The notes: a model not told the origin generated them from the letters alone. DNA of 64,000 nucleotides from Promethearchaeota archaeon (GCA_016839705.1 JAEOTR010000030.1:1-64000); one strand, 5' to 3'. Shown: positions 9,451-20,451, numbered from the stretch's first letter. Made by a program: numbers and translations.

Positions 9451-10545
9451 TTAGTACTTCCATAATTCATCTATCTTCTCACCTATCTTATCCCATCGCC
9501 ATACAATATTCAACCCAAAATATGATCTAATAATATCTGTTAAAAAATAGAGATATTGCTTTCTGATTTTTTTAACCAATAACGACTCTTCTAAATGTTT
9601 GATAACCATTCTCGGTGTAAAGGGACCTTCACTACCATTCCTTTCATAGAAATTATATATATACCTGGCTAAAATATATATTCCTTCGAGCTTTTCTTTT
9701 AAATCCAGAACACCTGTTATGCCTTCATTTTCATTGTAGAAAGATCTAATCATTTCACTTTCATACTTCAATTGGTTTGAATTTATTAATTTGCGCGTTT
9801 GATTCACTAACTCTTTTTCATCCATCACAATATACCCTTCATATAATTGTTTATTTTTCTTGTATTGTGATTTAGTCTTGATTAAAATATCACCTGTAAA
9901 AGATTTTTGAAAAATATAGTCAATAAAATTTACTAATTCAGGTATTAAAAAAGCCATTTCCTTCTTAATCGAGACTAATAGATTCTTCCTATATAAACAA
10001 GCGTGAACAATATAGATTAAAATCTCTGATTTGATATCCATTTTCAATATGGCTATGCTTTCTTCTTTCGGGATACCCGCAAATGGTAATGAAAAAATGT
10101 CAAAATATTTATTGTAAATTGCTGTGAGTGTTTCATTAAACCTATTGTAACCCATTTCCCCTATTTCCTTTCGAGTGTTACGTTTCTCAGAGAGAATTTT
10201 AGGAATCTCTTTTATACTTTTTAATTCATAAGCAAATTCTTTGATAATCTGGGATTTTAATTTTAAAGATTTGAAAGTCTCAGTCGATTGCTCGTTTACC
10301 ATGAAAGTTATCATGAATTCTTCGAATCCACTTCGAGCGAATTTTGAAGAAATATAAAACCTGTAGTTTAATGTTTGAAAGTCTTCAAACGCAATGGGAA
10401 AGGGTTTCTCCCCACCACCATAACTCAACAGCATATCTAATATGACACTGTTGAATGGACTATATTCCTCCTGACTATAAAATACCTTTGGTCCTTCCAC
10501 TTGGTCAAAGTAAAAGATGAATAGTTTATTATCATTCTTCTTCAT
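9451..10545 (-). CDS. DENN/longin-like domain protein (candidate eukaryotic signature protein)
   Basis: N-terminal YFDQVEGPKVFY resembles the uDENN/longin start; HACLYRKNLLV...LVNFIDYIF resembles the cDENN core. Confidence 0.55.
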   Translation of the reverse strand: MKKNDNKLFIFYFDQVEGPKVFYSQEEYSPFNSVILDMLLSYGGGEKPFPIAFEDFQTLNYRFYISSKFARSGFEEFMITFMVNEQSTETFKSLKLKSQIIKEFAYELKSIKEIPKILSEKRNTRKEIGEMGYNRFNETLTAIYNKYFDIFSLPFAGIPKEESIAILKMDIKSEILIYIVHACLYRKNLLVSIKKEMAFLIPELVNFIDYIFQKSFTGDILIKTKSQYKKNKQLYEGYIVMDEKELVNQTRKLINSNQLKYESEMIRSFYNENEGITGVLDLKEKLEGIYILARYIYNFYERNGSEGPFTPRMVIKHLEESLLVKKIRKQYLYFLTDIIRSYFGLNIVWRWDKIGEKIDELWKY

Positions 10546-10713
10546 TGCTTATCTCTTAATTTGTGATCTATATTTTAAAAGATCTTGATTTCCATTAATC
10601 AATAAGTTTTTTTCACCTATAGATTATTAAACCGATATAGAATTTACGTTCTTATCGTACAAGGAGCGATATTAGTTTAAAAAAAGGGTAGTTTTATAAA
10701 AAATAGAATCAAA

Positions 10714-11556
10714 TTGATAACTATGAATTTAGATAAGAAAATTTTATTATCGGGTCTTGAGTTTCCTGAAGGACCTAGGTGGCGAAATGGAAAACTGTAC
10801 TTTTCTGATGCCGCAGCAGGAAAAGTTATTGCCGTGGATGAAAATGGTAAATCAGATGTTCTTGTACAAATACAAGATATGACATCGGGATTGGGTTTTC
10901 TAAATGATAGGAGGATGCTTATAGTCTCTATGCAAAAACGCCATCTTATGCGTTTAGATCCTGATGGATTGAAAATTCATGCGGATTTAAGCAAACTTAC
11001 AGAATTTCCCTGTAATGACTGTGTTACTGATGCCAATGGACGAACTTACATCGGAAATTGGGGTGCTAAAACCCTTGGAGACCCTCCCGATCCTACATGC
11101 ATCATTATGGTTACAATAGACGGGGATGCAAGAGTAGTAGCAGACAATCTTCTTTTTCCTAATGGATGTATTGTGACTCCCGATTGCAAGACTTTTATTG
11201 TAGCAGAACAGCGTGGGGGGGCTCTCATTGCTTTTGATATTGAATCATCAGGGGATCTAACAAATCGAAGAGTTTGGGCGAAATTTGAAGGTTTTGATCC
11301 AGATGGTATATGCCTTGATGAAGAAGGTGCCATATGGGCTGCAAATCCCTTAACAAACGAAGTGTTACGTGTGTTAGAAGGGGGTGAAGTCACTTCTAAA
11401 ATAAAAGTTAATGATACAAATGTTTTTGCTTGCGCATTGGGAGGAGAGGATGGAAGAACCCTTTTTCTTTGCACCAATCAATTATTCCAAGGCAAAAGAG
11501 CAAGTGGAAGAATTGAATATTTAAAAGTAGAAGTTCCTGGTGTCGAGATACCTTAA
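10714..11556 (+). CDS. SMP-30/gluconolactonase/LRE family protein
   Basis: FPEGPRW, CNDC, FPNG, PDGICLDEEG, GGEDGRTLF. Confidence 0.93.
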   Translation: MITMNLDKKILLSGLEFPEGPRWRNGKLYFSDAAAGKVIAVDENGKSDVLVQIQDMTSGLGFLNDRRMLIVSMQKRHLMRLDPDGLKIHADLSKLTEFPCNDCVTDANGRTYIGNWGAKTLGDPPDPTCIIMVTIDGDARVVADNLLFPNGCIVTPDCKTFIVAEQRGGALIAFDIESSGDLTNRRVWAKFEGFDPDGICLDEEGAIWAANPLTNEVLRVLEGGEVTSKIKVNDTNVFACALGGEDGRTLFLCTNQLFQGKRASGRIEYLKVEVPGVEIP

Positions 11557-11753
11557 ATTCTTAATAATTTATTTATTCTAATCATATTTCTCATTAATTT
11601 AAAGAACAATTTTGTAGATTTGCTATTTTTAGAATACAAATAGAATGTAATTAAAGATTTATATAGTTTTATAGCTTATAGAATCTAGTAAAATATAATA
11701 TTTAATCCAATATTTAACCATAATTCAATATGAAAACCTAAAGGTGTATTATT

Positions 11754-13556
11754 GTGTCTATTAACTTTATTGACTTATTAAAAGTCCCAGTAATCATGGA
11801 CTATGATATTGATAAAAATTTTAAAACTCTACTATTTAATTCGAATATTTCAGGAATTCCTCTGATATATACCGTTCCAGTTGATTTAAGCCAAAAACCA
11901 AAGCAAATTAATAGTGGTAAAGATCCTGTTATGATGGCTAGAATCGCACCAAACGGTAATAATTTGATATATTTTCAAGATGAAGCTGGTAATGAAATTT
12001 TTCAGTTGTACTTGCTTCCAACAGACGGAGGAACTCCTAAGAAATTAACTGATACCGACCAGAGAACTTTTACTTTAGATTGGCATCCGAATGGAAAAGA
12101 GATCGCACGTAGTTATGTCTCAATGATAGCACCGGGTATTGAGATCATAAACTTAGAAACCGAGGACGCTCATCCGCTGAAAGAACCATCTCCTCTTGCG
12201 GTGGATTTACATTACTCACCCGATGGAAAATGGTTAGCATTAACGAATATGAAAGGATATACCCGGAGCGAAGTCATGATCATTAACAGGAACGATCCTT
12301 CAGATACAATCGTTTATAACATAAGTAATGATTCGATGGAAGGAAGTCCTGCATGGTCTCCTGATAGTAAGAGGTTAGCCTATGTAAGTGATGCAAGTGG
12401 ATGGAGAAAGGTGGTAATACAAGAATTTCAAGGAGAGGAACAAATAATTTTGGATGTGGAAAAAGATGAGGAAGTTCTAGCAGATATTGAATCATCAGTA
12501 TGGAATCCAAATAGTGATATAGTTTATTATCTTATTAGTAAACATGGTCGCACCACGATGCATTCTCATGAAATCTCGGGTACTAGAAGCCCACCCTTAC
12601 CATTTCCACAAGGATCATTAATATCCCCGAAAATACGGAAAGATGGGAAATTCCTGACTGTTTTACATTCCTCAATGGTTTCTCCTCTTGGAGTTTATAT
12701 TCATAAGATTGGTACTAATAATATTTCACCCTTAACCCCAAGAAAATTCGATATAGACCTCTCTCGTTTGAAGGAACCCAGATCGGTGTGGTATGAATCT
12801 TTTGATAAAAGGAAGATTCATGCGTGGTACATGCCTGCTGTAGACGCGAAAGTACCTTATCCTGGTGCTGTACATTCTCATGGAGGCCCTTGGGCTCAAT
12901 CGAACGACTCTTGGAGCGGTGGTATTAACTTACATCTTGCTTCTTTGAACGGTATTGGCGTTATAGATCCCAATTACAGAGGATCAACAGGATATGGAAA
13001 GGAATTTCAGCTTCTTGATATAAGAGACCCTGGTGGGGGTGATCTTGAAGACATCATTCATGGTGCAGAATGGTTAAAAAGGCAACCCGAAATTGATGGG
13101 AATAAAATTGGGATATTTGGTGGATCATATGGGGGATTCATGACTTTAATAGCACTTACTAAGAAGCCCGATGTTTTTATAGGGGGAATATCCTCGGTAC
13201 CCGTTGTTGATTGGGTGGATGATTATAAATTAGCAGATGCTGTATTTAGACTCTTCAATACTACCTTATTTGGTGGACCTCCACGAGGGAAATATAAAGA
13301 ATTATATATTGATCGATCACCAATCACACACATTTCGAATATCAAAGCACCTGTATTGATTATGGCAGGTAAAGCGGATACTAGATGTCCTTGGCCACCA
13401 ATTGAGAAATTCATAAACAAACTAAAAGAAATGAATCATCCACACGAGGTAGCGATTGAAGAAAAAGCGGGTCATATTTCAGCATCGTTAAATCACAGTG
13501 AAATTATTCCCATTGTGACTCAAATGATCGAATTTCTAAAGAAAACGTTAAAATAA
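11754..13556 (+). CDS. S9 family peptidase (acylaminoacyl/prolyl oligopeptidase) with beta-propeller
   Basis: HGGP, NYRGSTGYG, GGSYGG nucleophile, DTRC, AGH. Confidence 0.93.
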   Translation: MSINFIDLLKVPVIMDYDIDKNFKTLLFNSNISGIPLIYTVPVDLSQKPKQINSGKDPVMMARIAPNGNNLIYFQDEAGNEIFQLYLLPTDGGTPKKLTDTDQRTFTLDWHPNGKEIARSYVSMIAPGIEIINLETEDAHPLKEPSPLAVDLHYSPDGKWLALTNMKGYTRSEVMIINRNDPSDTIVYNISNDSMEGSPAWSPDSKRLAYVSDASGWRKVVIQEFQGEEQIILDVEKDEEVLADIESSVWNPNSDIVYYLISKHGRTTMHSHEISGTRSPPLPFPQGSLISPKIRKDGKFLTVLHSSMVSPLGVYIHKIGTNNISPLTPRKFDIDLSRLKEPRSVWYESFDKRKIHAWYMPAVDAKVPYPGAVHSHGGPWAQSNDSWSGGINLHLASLNGIGVIDPNYRGSTGYGKEFQLLDIRDPGGGDLEDIIHGAEWLKRQPEIDGNKIGIFGGSYGGFMTLIALTKKPDVFIGGISSVPVVDWVDDYKLADAVFRLFNTTLFGGPPRGKYKELYIDRSPITHISNIKAPVLIMAGKADTRCPWPPIEKFINKLKEMNHPHEVAIEEKAGHISASLNHSEIIPIVTQMIEFLKKTLK

Positions 13557-13604
13557 AAAATTGAATTCAGGTTTATTCATTCCAATTATTTTCTCTCTTC
13601 TTTT

Positions 13605-15920
13605 CTAGAGTATGTGTTCTGTTCTGGCAATGATTGTATCCTGAAGATCATCGGTCAGTTGTGTGAAGAAAGCATTGTATCCTGCTACCTTTACCACTAG
13701 ATCCCGATATTTCTCGGGTTCCTTCTGGGCCGTTCTCAGCGTGTCTGAAGATACTACATTAACTTGCATATGAAAAATCTTCTGATCGATAAAGGATCTT
13801 ACCATGGCCACCATTCTTTCCATATTTCCGTCCCTAAAAATTTGAGGATCCATTCTCAAATTAAAAGTTATACCCCCGAGTATTTCAACATGGTCAATTT
13901 TTCCCATGGAATTTATCACTGCCGTAGGACCTTCTAAATCTTTACCACGACTTGGTGAAGAAGCGTCGACTAATGGTTCTCCGGCTAATCTTCCCGAGGG
14001 GAGGGCTCCAACAATTTTACCTTGAGGGACATAGCTTCCCATAACAGAACCTCCTGGGCAACCTTGACCTCCCCGTAAGTTCTTTACCTTATTGAATTCG
14101 ACCATCCATTGATGTAACACCCAAGCTGCCTGTTCATCAGCATAGTTATCGTCATTTCCAAATTTGGGTGCGTTTAATAACATCTGGTGCAATTTTTCAT
14201 AGCCTTCAAAATTATTGTCAAGGGCATCACATAATTCTGCCATTGTGAATTTTTTCTCATCAAATACTAGTTTTTTGATAGCAGTTAAAGAATCTGCAGC
14301 ATCTGTTGAAGCAAGTACCGCTCCTCCATTATTAAAGTTGTAATGAGCTCCACCTACTTCCCTGCATTTCCCCTTTTCAATACAACCTTCTATTAATGCT
14401 GATTCGTAAACTGTTGGGGTATAATCTATTATTTTTTGTTCAACGTCATTTCCAGTTTTTTCAATAAATTTTCTCATCCAAGCCACTTGCTTACGAAAAG
14501 CCTCCTGAACTTCCTCAAAGGATGTGAATTTTCTTGGGTCACCTGTCTCTAAGCCAATCTTTCTTTTATCAACACGGCGCACACCATTAGTCATTACGAA
14601 TTCCATGCAGGAAGCAAGATTGGGCATCTGAAAGTAAAAATAACCAGAGTCTTTACCAGGTATTACAAGTTCAAAGCAGCCTTGTGGGGAAGCATTTCTG
14701 GCATCTTCCAATGTTATCGTTGGGCCACCCATACTACCTCGGGCAAGAGCTTGAGCTACAATAACATCGCTATTGACGAATTGTGGCTGACCGGTTCCTA
14801 TTGAGCAGAGTTCGCAGGCTCTTATCAGTAATTCATCTGGCATTTTATTATGAACTAGCACACTCAACCATGGAAGTGGTAACTTGGTATGCATTACGGC
14901 TTCAATAAACATGTAAGATAACTCGTTAGTTGCATCTTGCCCATTTATGTTAACACCACCAACGGTCATAGGCGTTCCAGAAGGAATTACATCTCTCTCG
15001 AAGTTTGGTGCCAGTAGATAGCAATCAATTAACTCTTGTGCTTCTATTTTTGTTATATGCCCATCTCTTATATCTTGCTCGTAGTATGGATATAAATATT
15101 GGTCCATCCTACCTATACTAAAACCTAGGGTAGGTACCACCTCCCAGAACAACAATAGATAGGAAAAGTAATATGATTGTAATGCTTCATAGAATGTTCT
15201 TGCTGGATGCGCAGGTACCCTATCGCATACTTCTGCAATCTTCAACAATTCGGTCTTTCTCATGCCATCCTCTTCGTCTTCAGCTAATTCCCTTGCTAAG
15301 GAAGCAAATCTTTCCCCAATTTCGGCAGCAGCCTCCATAGCCATAATCACACCCTCCAAGAAGGGGATTTTTGCAGCTTCATCAGGTTCAGTAAGATCAA
15401 GCCTGGATAGCCTTTCCTCGGCTTCTTTTTTTATTCCTAGAAAGCCTTTCTTCAGCACCTTCTGATGATCATGAATATTGTGACCGAAGTGATGGGTAAC
15501 CTCCTTTCTACCTTGTTCTGTCCAATATGGCTTAAGTTCCTCCCATTCTTTCTTTTCCTCATCACTTAGCTCTGGGAACGGGGCATCTTCTCTCGTTCCA
15601 AGAATGTATGAATGCCCAAGTTTTTGTGCCGCTAAATTGATGGCGGGCGTAACATTGGTACAGAGTGGCCTAACACTGGTGCACCCTACGATAAGTTGAT
15701 TGGGGTAGATATAGAGTGGCATCTCTCTAACCGTTGCGGCAAAAACTTTTGCTCTACGTGTTATTACTGACTCTCCTTCCGTTTCCTTCATTACTCTTGT
15801 TTCAATACGAGCTCTCTCAATCGAAGCTGTAGGTGAGAGACCTAACAATTCCTCTCTAAGCCTTTCAACCCTTGATGTCGGTTCATTGACCACTATCTTG
15901 TTTAATATTTGTACCATCAA
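13605..15920 (-). CDS. Glycyl radical enzyme (PFL2/GRE family, substrate unknown)
   Basis: IGRMDQYLYPYY, Cys loop QGCFE, KFGNDD, C-terminal LVVKVAGYN glycyl motif. Confidence 0.92.
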   Translation of the reverse strand: MMVQILNKIVVNEPTSRVERLREELLGLSPTASIERARIETRVMKETEGESVITRRAKVFAATVREMPLYIYPNQLIVGCTSVRPLCTNVTPAINLAAQKLGHSYILGTREDAPFPELSDEEKKEWEELKPYWTEQGRKEVTHHFGHNIHDHQKVLKKGFLGIKKEAEERLSRLDLTEPDEAAKIPFLEGVIMAMEAAAEIGERFASLARELAEDEEDGMRKTELLKIAEVCDRVPAHPARTFYEALQSYYFSYLLLFWEVVPTLGFSIGRMDQYLYPYYEQDIRDGHITKIEAQELIDCYLLAPNFERDVIPSGTPMTVGGVNINGQDATNELSYMFIEAVMHTKLPLPWLSVLVHNKMPDELLIRACELCSIGTGQPQFVNSDVIVAQALARGSMGGPTITLEDARNASPQGCFELVIPGKDSGYFYFQMPNLASCMEFVMTNGVRRVDKRKIGLETGDPRKFTSFEEVQEAFRKQVAWMRKFIEKTGNDVEQKIIDYTPTVYESALIEGCIEKGKCREVGGAHYNFNNGGAVLASTDAADSLTAIKKLVFDEKKFTMAELCDALDNNFEGYEKLHQMLLNAPKFGNDDNYADEQAAWVLHQWMVEFNKVKNLRGGQGCPGGSVMGSYVPQGKIVGALPSGRLAGEPLVDASSPSRGKDLEGPTAVINSMGKIDHVEILGGITFNLRMDPQIFRDGNMERMVAMVRSFIDQKIFHMQVNVVSSDTLRTAQKEPEKYRDLVVKVAGYNAFFTQLTDDLQDTIIARTEHIL

Positions 15921-16185
15921 AAATCCTCCTTATTATATAGTGACAATCACATCCTATTTTAATAACTTTTTATTTGTTTTTTTAAAGAACTGATTATAAA
16001 TAGATATAAATCATCTACCAATTTCATTGAAGTGAATCGAATAAAATATAGCTCTTATATCTATCACGCTCAACATTTTGTTTCTATTTCTTACAAAAAT
16101 GTAAAAACTTAAATAATATTATAAGTGAATAGTACATACCCGAAATTTAATCATTTTAAATAAATTTCCGAATGAGGGAGAAAAA

Positions 16186-16503
16186 TTGCCATATATTTTT
16201 ATTAAATTTATGTACCCAACTCACAAAATTGATGAGGTTGTAAAGAAAAATCTAGAAATTGTACCAAAATATCCTCCCAATCCATCTTTAGGAGAATCCG
16301 TCGTTACTGCTGCGAAAGGAGTTGACCAAGGTATTGTATCACTAACGGTTTATGAAGTTAAAGAAGGGAAATTTGATGAAGCTATGGAGATCTGGATGAA
16401 AGGAGCAGCGGAATTTCGAAATATTGAAGGACTTGAATATTCAATTGAAGTCTGGGCTACAACTGCAGAAGCTATGGGTGCACTTGGAATGACACCACCA
16501 TAG
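16186..16503 (+). CDS. Hypothetical protein (possible dimeric alpha-beta barrel)
   Basis: SD GAGGGAG before TTG; T-rich run after the stop. Confidence 0.7.
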   Translation: MPYIFIKFMYPTHKIDEVVKKNLEIVPKYPPNPSLGESVVTAAKGVDQGIVSLTVYEVKEGKFDEAMEIWMKGAAEFRNIEGLEYSIEVWATTAEAMGALGMTPP

Positions 16504-16599
16504 TAATCATATTAAATTTATATTAATACAATTTTTTTTTCTTTTTACTAATTTTTCACTCTATCGTCTCTTTTATTAATTTCACTATATTTAGGTTGC

Positions 16600-16830
16600 A
16601 TGGTAGAATTGATAATTTCAAATGAAATGGAAAGCCTTGATCTCAACAGTAGAATTGAAGGATATTATATCGAAGAAAATCCGAAGTCGTTACACATTAG
16701 ATTACCAAATGGGAGCTCTTTTTGGGTTCCAAAGAGATTTATTGATTCAGAATTCTCTAAGGAAAGTAATATTAGACAAATCTTTATCATCGACACTTGG
16801 ATCTTACGAAGGATCGGATTTAGGATATAA
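16600..16830 (+). CDS. Small hypothetical protein, stand-alone copy of the C-terminal domain of the 3026-3715 protein
   Basis: IEG...KS...NGSSFWVPK...FIIDTWI aligns with IEG...KA...SGAENWFPK...FLIDSWI. Confidence 0.7.
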   Translation: MVELIISNEMESLDLNSRIEGYYIEENPKSLHIRLPNGSSFWVPKRFIDSEFSKESNIRQIFIIDTWILRRIGFRI

Positions 16831-17012
16831 TATAAACTGAGAAAGGTTTCTTTAATAAACCTCAATCTCCTTTCAACCATGTTTTTAAAGCTTTTAGGTG
16901 TTTAATAAAAAAATTTTAGTTGTAAATTATTAAGTATAAGCTTTTAATTTATCCAAAACTTCAGTAAAAAAAACAAGCAATTTTCATTTTAAAAGTAATA
17001 CAAAAGTTAACT

Positions 17013-18212
17013 ATGTCTTCTACATTAAAACCTCAGAAAACTAAATTCAATAGACATTTAATAATTATATTTATTATTATGTTTACTGAAGTGCTGGGCT
17101 TCAGTATGGTTTTACCCGTAATACCCTTCTTAGGATTATCATTAGGTTTAAATCCTTTTCAAATAGGTTTAATTATGAGTGTTTTTAGTTTTAGTCAATT
17201 ATTTGCTAGCCCTGTTACAGGTAAGCTTAGTGATCGCTTTGGTAGGAAACCTGTTCTATTAATAAGTCAGACCAGTACCTTAATTGGATTTTTACTTCTT
17301 GGTTTTGCGGATTCTGTCTGGCTCTTAGTTGCTGCACGTCTTATTGATGGACTTATAGGGAGTAACATGACTGTGAGCCAAGCATATATTAGTGATGTAA
17401 CATCTCCGCAAGATCGAACAAAAATATACGGATATTCAAGTGCTGTATTCGGGGCAGGGTTAATTTTTGGTCCGGTTATAGGCGGGACATTATCCGCAAT
17501 TAATTACTCCATCCCTATGTTATTTGCTGCAGGAATAAGCCTAATTTCTATAATTTTAGTGATATTATTTTTGCCAGAATCATTGTCATTGAAAAAGGAG
17601 AAAATTAAGATAAAATTAAACGAAATTATTCCCATCAATGAAGCAAAACGCTTTTTCAAAGATTCAAATGTGCGAAAACTCTTACTACTTTTCTTTATCT
17701 ATACTTTTGGATTTATGCTTTTTATATCAAGTTTCGCATTATTTGCAGAACGACAAGTACAGATTACAGCTCAAGAGGTTGGGTTCTTAATGGCATGGAT
17801 TGGTATTTTAAGAGTAATTTTTCAAAGTCTTCTCATCAATCCCCTTCAGAAAAAATTTGGTGAGGATTCAGCACTATTGATGGGTATAATCTCAATGGTA
17901 TTTACTATGGTCATACTTGTTTTTACAACAAATTATATCTTTGCATTTATCCCCCTTATTTTTCTCGCATTTGGAACTGGAGTGTCTCGACCAATTCTTA
18001 CAAGTAAATTGACCAAAAGCGTAAATAAAGAAGAAACTGGAAGTGTTTTAGGTGTAAACAACGCTTTATCTAGTATTGCACAGATAATCTCTCCAATTTT
18101 AGGTGGAGCATTGATTCAATATCTTCCTTCATTCTTTCTCCCTGCTCTATCAGCAACATTTTTCATCTTATTGTTTATTCAATGGTTAAAAGGATCAAAA
18201 ACTTCAACATAA
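17013..18212 (+). CDS. MFS transporter, TetA/DHA1-like
   Basis: GKLSDRFGRKP motif A, AYISD, GLIFGPVIGG; about 12 hydrophobic segments. Confidence 0.92.
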   Translation: MSSTLKPQKTKFNRHLIIIFIIMFTEVLGFSMVLPVIPFLGLSLGLNPFQIGLIMSVFSFSQLFASPVTGKLSDRFGRKPVLLISQTSTLIGFLLLGFADSVWLLVAARLIDGLIGSNMTVSQAYISDVTSPQDRTKIYGYSSAVFGAGLIFGPVIGGTLSAINYSIPMLFAAGISLISIILVILFLPESLSLKKEKIKIKLNEIIPINEAKRFFKDSNVRKLLLLFFIYTFGFMLFISSFALFAERQVQITAQEVGFLMAWIGILRVIFQSLLINPLQKKFGEDSALLMGIISMVFTMVILVFTTNYIFAFIPLIFLAFGTGVSRPILTSKLTKSVNKEETGSVLGVNNALSSIAQIISPILGGALIQYLPSFFLPALSATFFILLFIQWLKGSKTST

Positions 18213-18233
18213 TACCATCAAATAAAACCATTA

Positions 18234-18452
18234 AAGAACCTGCTAGAATGAATATTCAAGCAACATCACCTATTGAACAATCTAGGGAAGCTTAATCCCA
18301 AAAATAGAAGTATAAAAGATATCGATAAAATAAATCGAATTTATAGTGAATACTTCGAAAATGGTTAAGAACCTGCTAGAGTGGCTATTCAAGCAACATC
18401 ATCTATTGAAAAAATAGATATTGAAATTGAAACTATCGCATTACTTACCTAG
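18234..18452 (+). pseudogene. RidA/YjgF family gene remnant with partial duplication
   Basis: Translates as DIDKINRIYSEYFENG*EPARVAIQATSSIEKIDIEIETIA (TAA at 18366); a second diverged EPARMNIQATSPIE copy lies at 18236-18277. Confidence 0.75.
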
Positions 18453-18519
18453 ATTGTAAAATAAGATTGAAATGCTTTTTACATGGTTGAATCATTAATA
18501 TTAATGTTATATTTCTTTA

Positions 18520-20289
18520 CTACAGAATAATATTGATTCCTATTGCATTTGAAAGCACAGTAGCAAAGAATAATTGAATAATACTAAAGGAAATAATAAC
18601 AACAGGATAGAATGATTTTACGTTTTGTAAAATTTTAGTATTTTGAATAATTACCAATAGGAAAATTATATACATGAATAAAACACTTGGAAAATGAGAG
18701 ATACTCATTGATAGATACATCAAATTAATTATGGTTATCATAGATGCTATTATCAACACTCTATTCTTAGATCTTTCTGATTTTAAGTTTCTTAATTGAG
18801 GATAAATCACTTTTCGAAGTAGAATCTCAATTGATAAAAATACCGGGAATACCAAATATCCTAAAGTAAAATGAACAGCAAAATTAGAAGGCCAGATGAA
18901 ACCAAATGGATAATAAAATGTAAATATCATATAAATTCCTATGAAATATACTGTAGATATCATTGTAAATATAAGATATTTCAGATTAAATTGAGATTTT
19001 ATAATTTCACTTATTTTTAACTTACATCTCTCCTTTTTAGGTTTTTTAAAGTGAGTTAATAACTTTATAACCAAGTAAACAACGATGAGGTTTAATGAAC
19101 CATAAAGTATACCTTTTATGCCAAAAATTCTCTCAAATATAAACCAATTAAATAAAAAAGTTCCGAGATATAAAACTATCTTTAATATTTGGTTTTGCTT
19201 ATTTGAAACGGTTAATGAAACCTCTTGCTCTATTAAATCAGACTGCTTTGACTTATAATTTTTTCTAAAAAATATTCGACTGGATACTGAAATCAGAGAT
19301 ATAACGATTACGAATAATATGATAATGTTTAGGAAAATTAATACATAGTTTAAATAATAGGTGATAATAATAGGCCCATTTATTATTAAAGAATTAAAAT
19401 AATGGTATTCGAACCAATTAATGGATTTAATAAGAACTTTATTTGAAAATAATTGATGACCTCCACCTAAAATTGGTCCCTCTATCGGAATGACCGTACA
19501 ATCTGTTAAGTCTTTCGCTTTCAAGGCGTTTTCTGTAAAATCTAATACTTCATCTTCGATATGCATTATTACTAGTAAATTATTAGTATTTTCTTTATTC
19601 AACAGATTTACTGGAATGTAATCAACGAACTCTTCATTATACAACAACCCATATTTAGGGGGAATAAAATTTACTAATGGCGCTAATGCTACAGTTACTT
19701 TAAAGCGTGGATCTAAAGCTTGATTCATAAGTACAACCATTCCTCCTAGGGAATGACCTATTAACCCAATTTGCGACGAATTTATTTTAGAATAGAATGG
19801 AAAAGTTTCCAGCTTATCTAAAAGTCTTGAACAATCTTGAGCTAAAGCGGGAATACCTGTAATGGGATCGATGTTATTAATACTTCCCCCACTCTCACCA
19901 TGTCCTTGATAGTCTAATGCTGCGACATAATAACCTCTTTTGGAAAATTCAATAGGAATTCTAAGGTCAAAATCTCGTTTTGAGGCAATACCATGACAAT
20001 ATATTATTAATGGTTGCTTCTCTTGAAATTTTAACTTGTTTGATGGAAAATATAAATTAGCATAAAGCTTAGCCCCAGATGATTCAAATTGAATCCTTTC
20101 ATATTTAAAATAACTCTGAGCCCTATTGTAATTAAGAAAAGTTAAACTAATAATCAAAACTAAAGTAAAAAGCAATATTCTTTTAAGATTTTTATGATCT
20201 CGATGAGTCATTTCAAGTCCCACTATAAATTCAGTTTCTTCCAAAACAGATGATCCTATTTTTTTAACACCTCGGTTTTCAAATTTCAA
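18520..20289 (-). CDS. Alpha/beta hydrolase with C-terminal multi-pass membrane domain
   Basis: YCHG, DYQGHGESGG, GHSLGG, GGH; hydrophobic C-terminal half; true start may be downstream. Confidence 0.85.
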   Translation of the reverse strand: MKFENRGVKKIGSSVLEETEFIVGLEMTHRDHKNLKRILLFTLVLIISLTFLNYNRAQSYFKYERIQFESSGAKLYANLYFPSNKLKFQEKQPLIIYCHGIASKRDFDLRIPIEFSKRGYYVAALDYQGHGESGGSINNIDPITGIPALAQDCSRLLDKLETFPFYSKINSSQIGLIGHSLGGMVVLMNQALDPRFKVTVALAPLVNFIPPKYGLLYNEEFVDYIPVNLLNKENTNNLLVIMHIEDEVLDFTENALKAKDLTDCTVIPIEGPILGGGHQLFSNKVLIKSINWFEYHYFNSLIINGPIIITYYLNYVLIFLNIIILFVIVISLISVSSRIFFRKNYKSKQSDLIEQEVSLTVSNKQNQILKIVLYLGTFLFNWFIFERIFGIKGILYGSLNLIVVYLVIKLLTHFKKPKKERCKLKISEIIKSQFNLKYLIFTMISTVYFIGIYMIFTFYYPFGFIWPSNFAVHFTLGYLVFPVFLSIEILLRKVIYPQLRNLKSERSKNRVLIIASMITIINLMYLSMSISHFPSVLFMYIIFLLVIIQNTKILQNVKSFYPVVIISFSIIQLFFATVLSNAIGINIIL

Positions 20290-20451
20290 ATTTTGTGAAG
20301 CATCATTTATAATAAGATTAAAAAACTATTTAAATGTTTTCATGCTTTTTGAAATTTGGAAAAATATGCAATCTTGAATCTGTTATTATTTCACAAGTTT
20401 TGAAATATCAAAAACCTTTAAATATCCGTTTATTCTATATTTAATTAAGAA

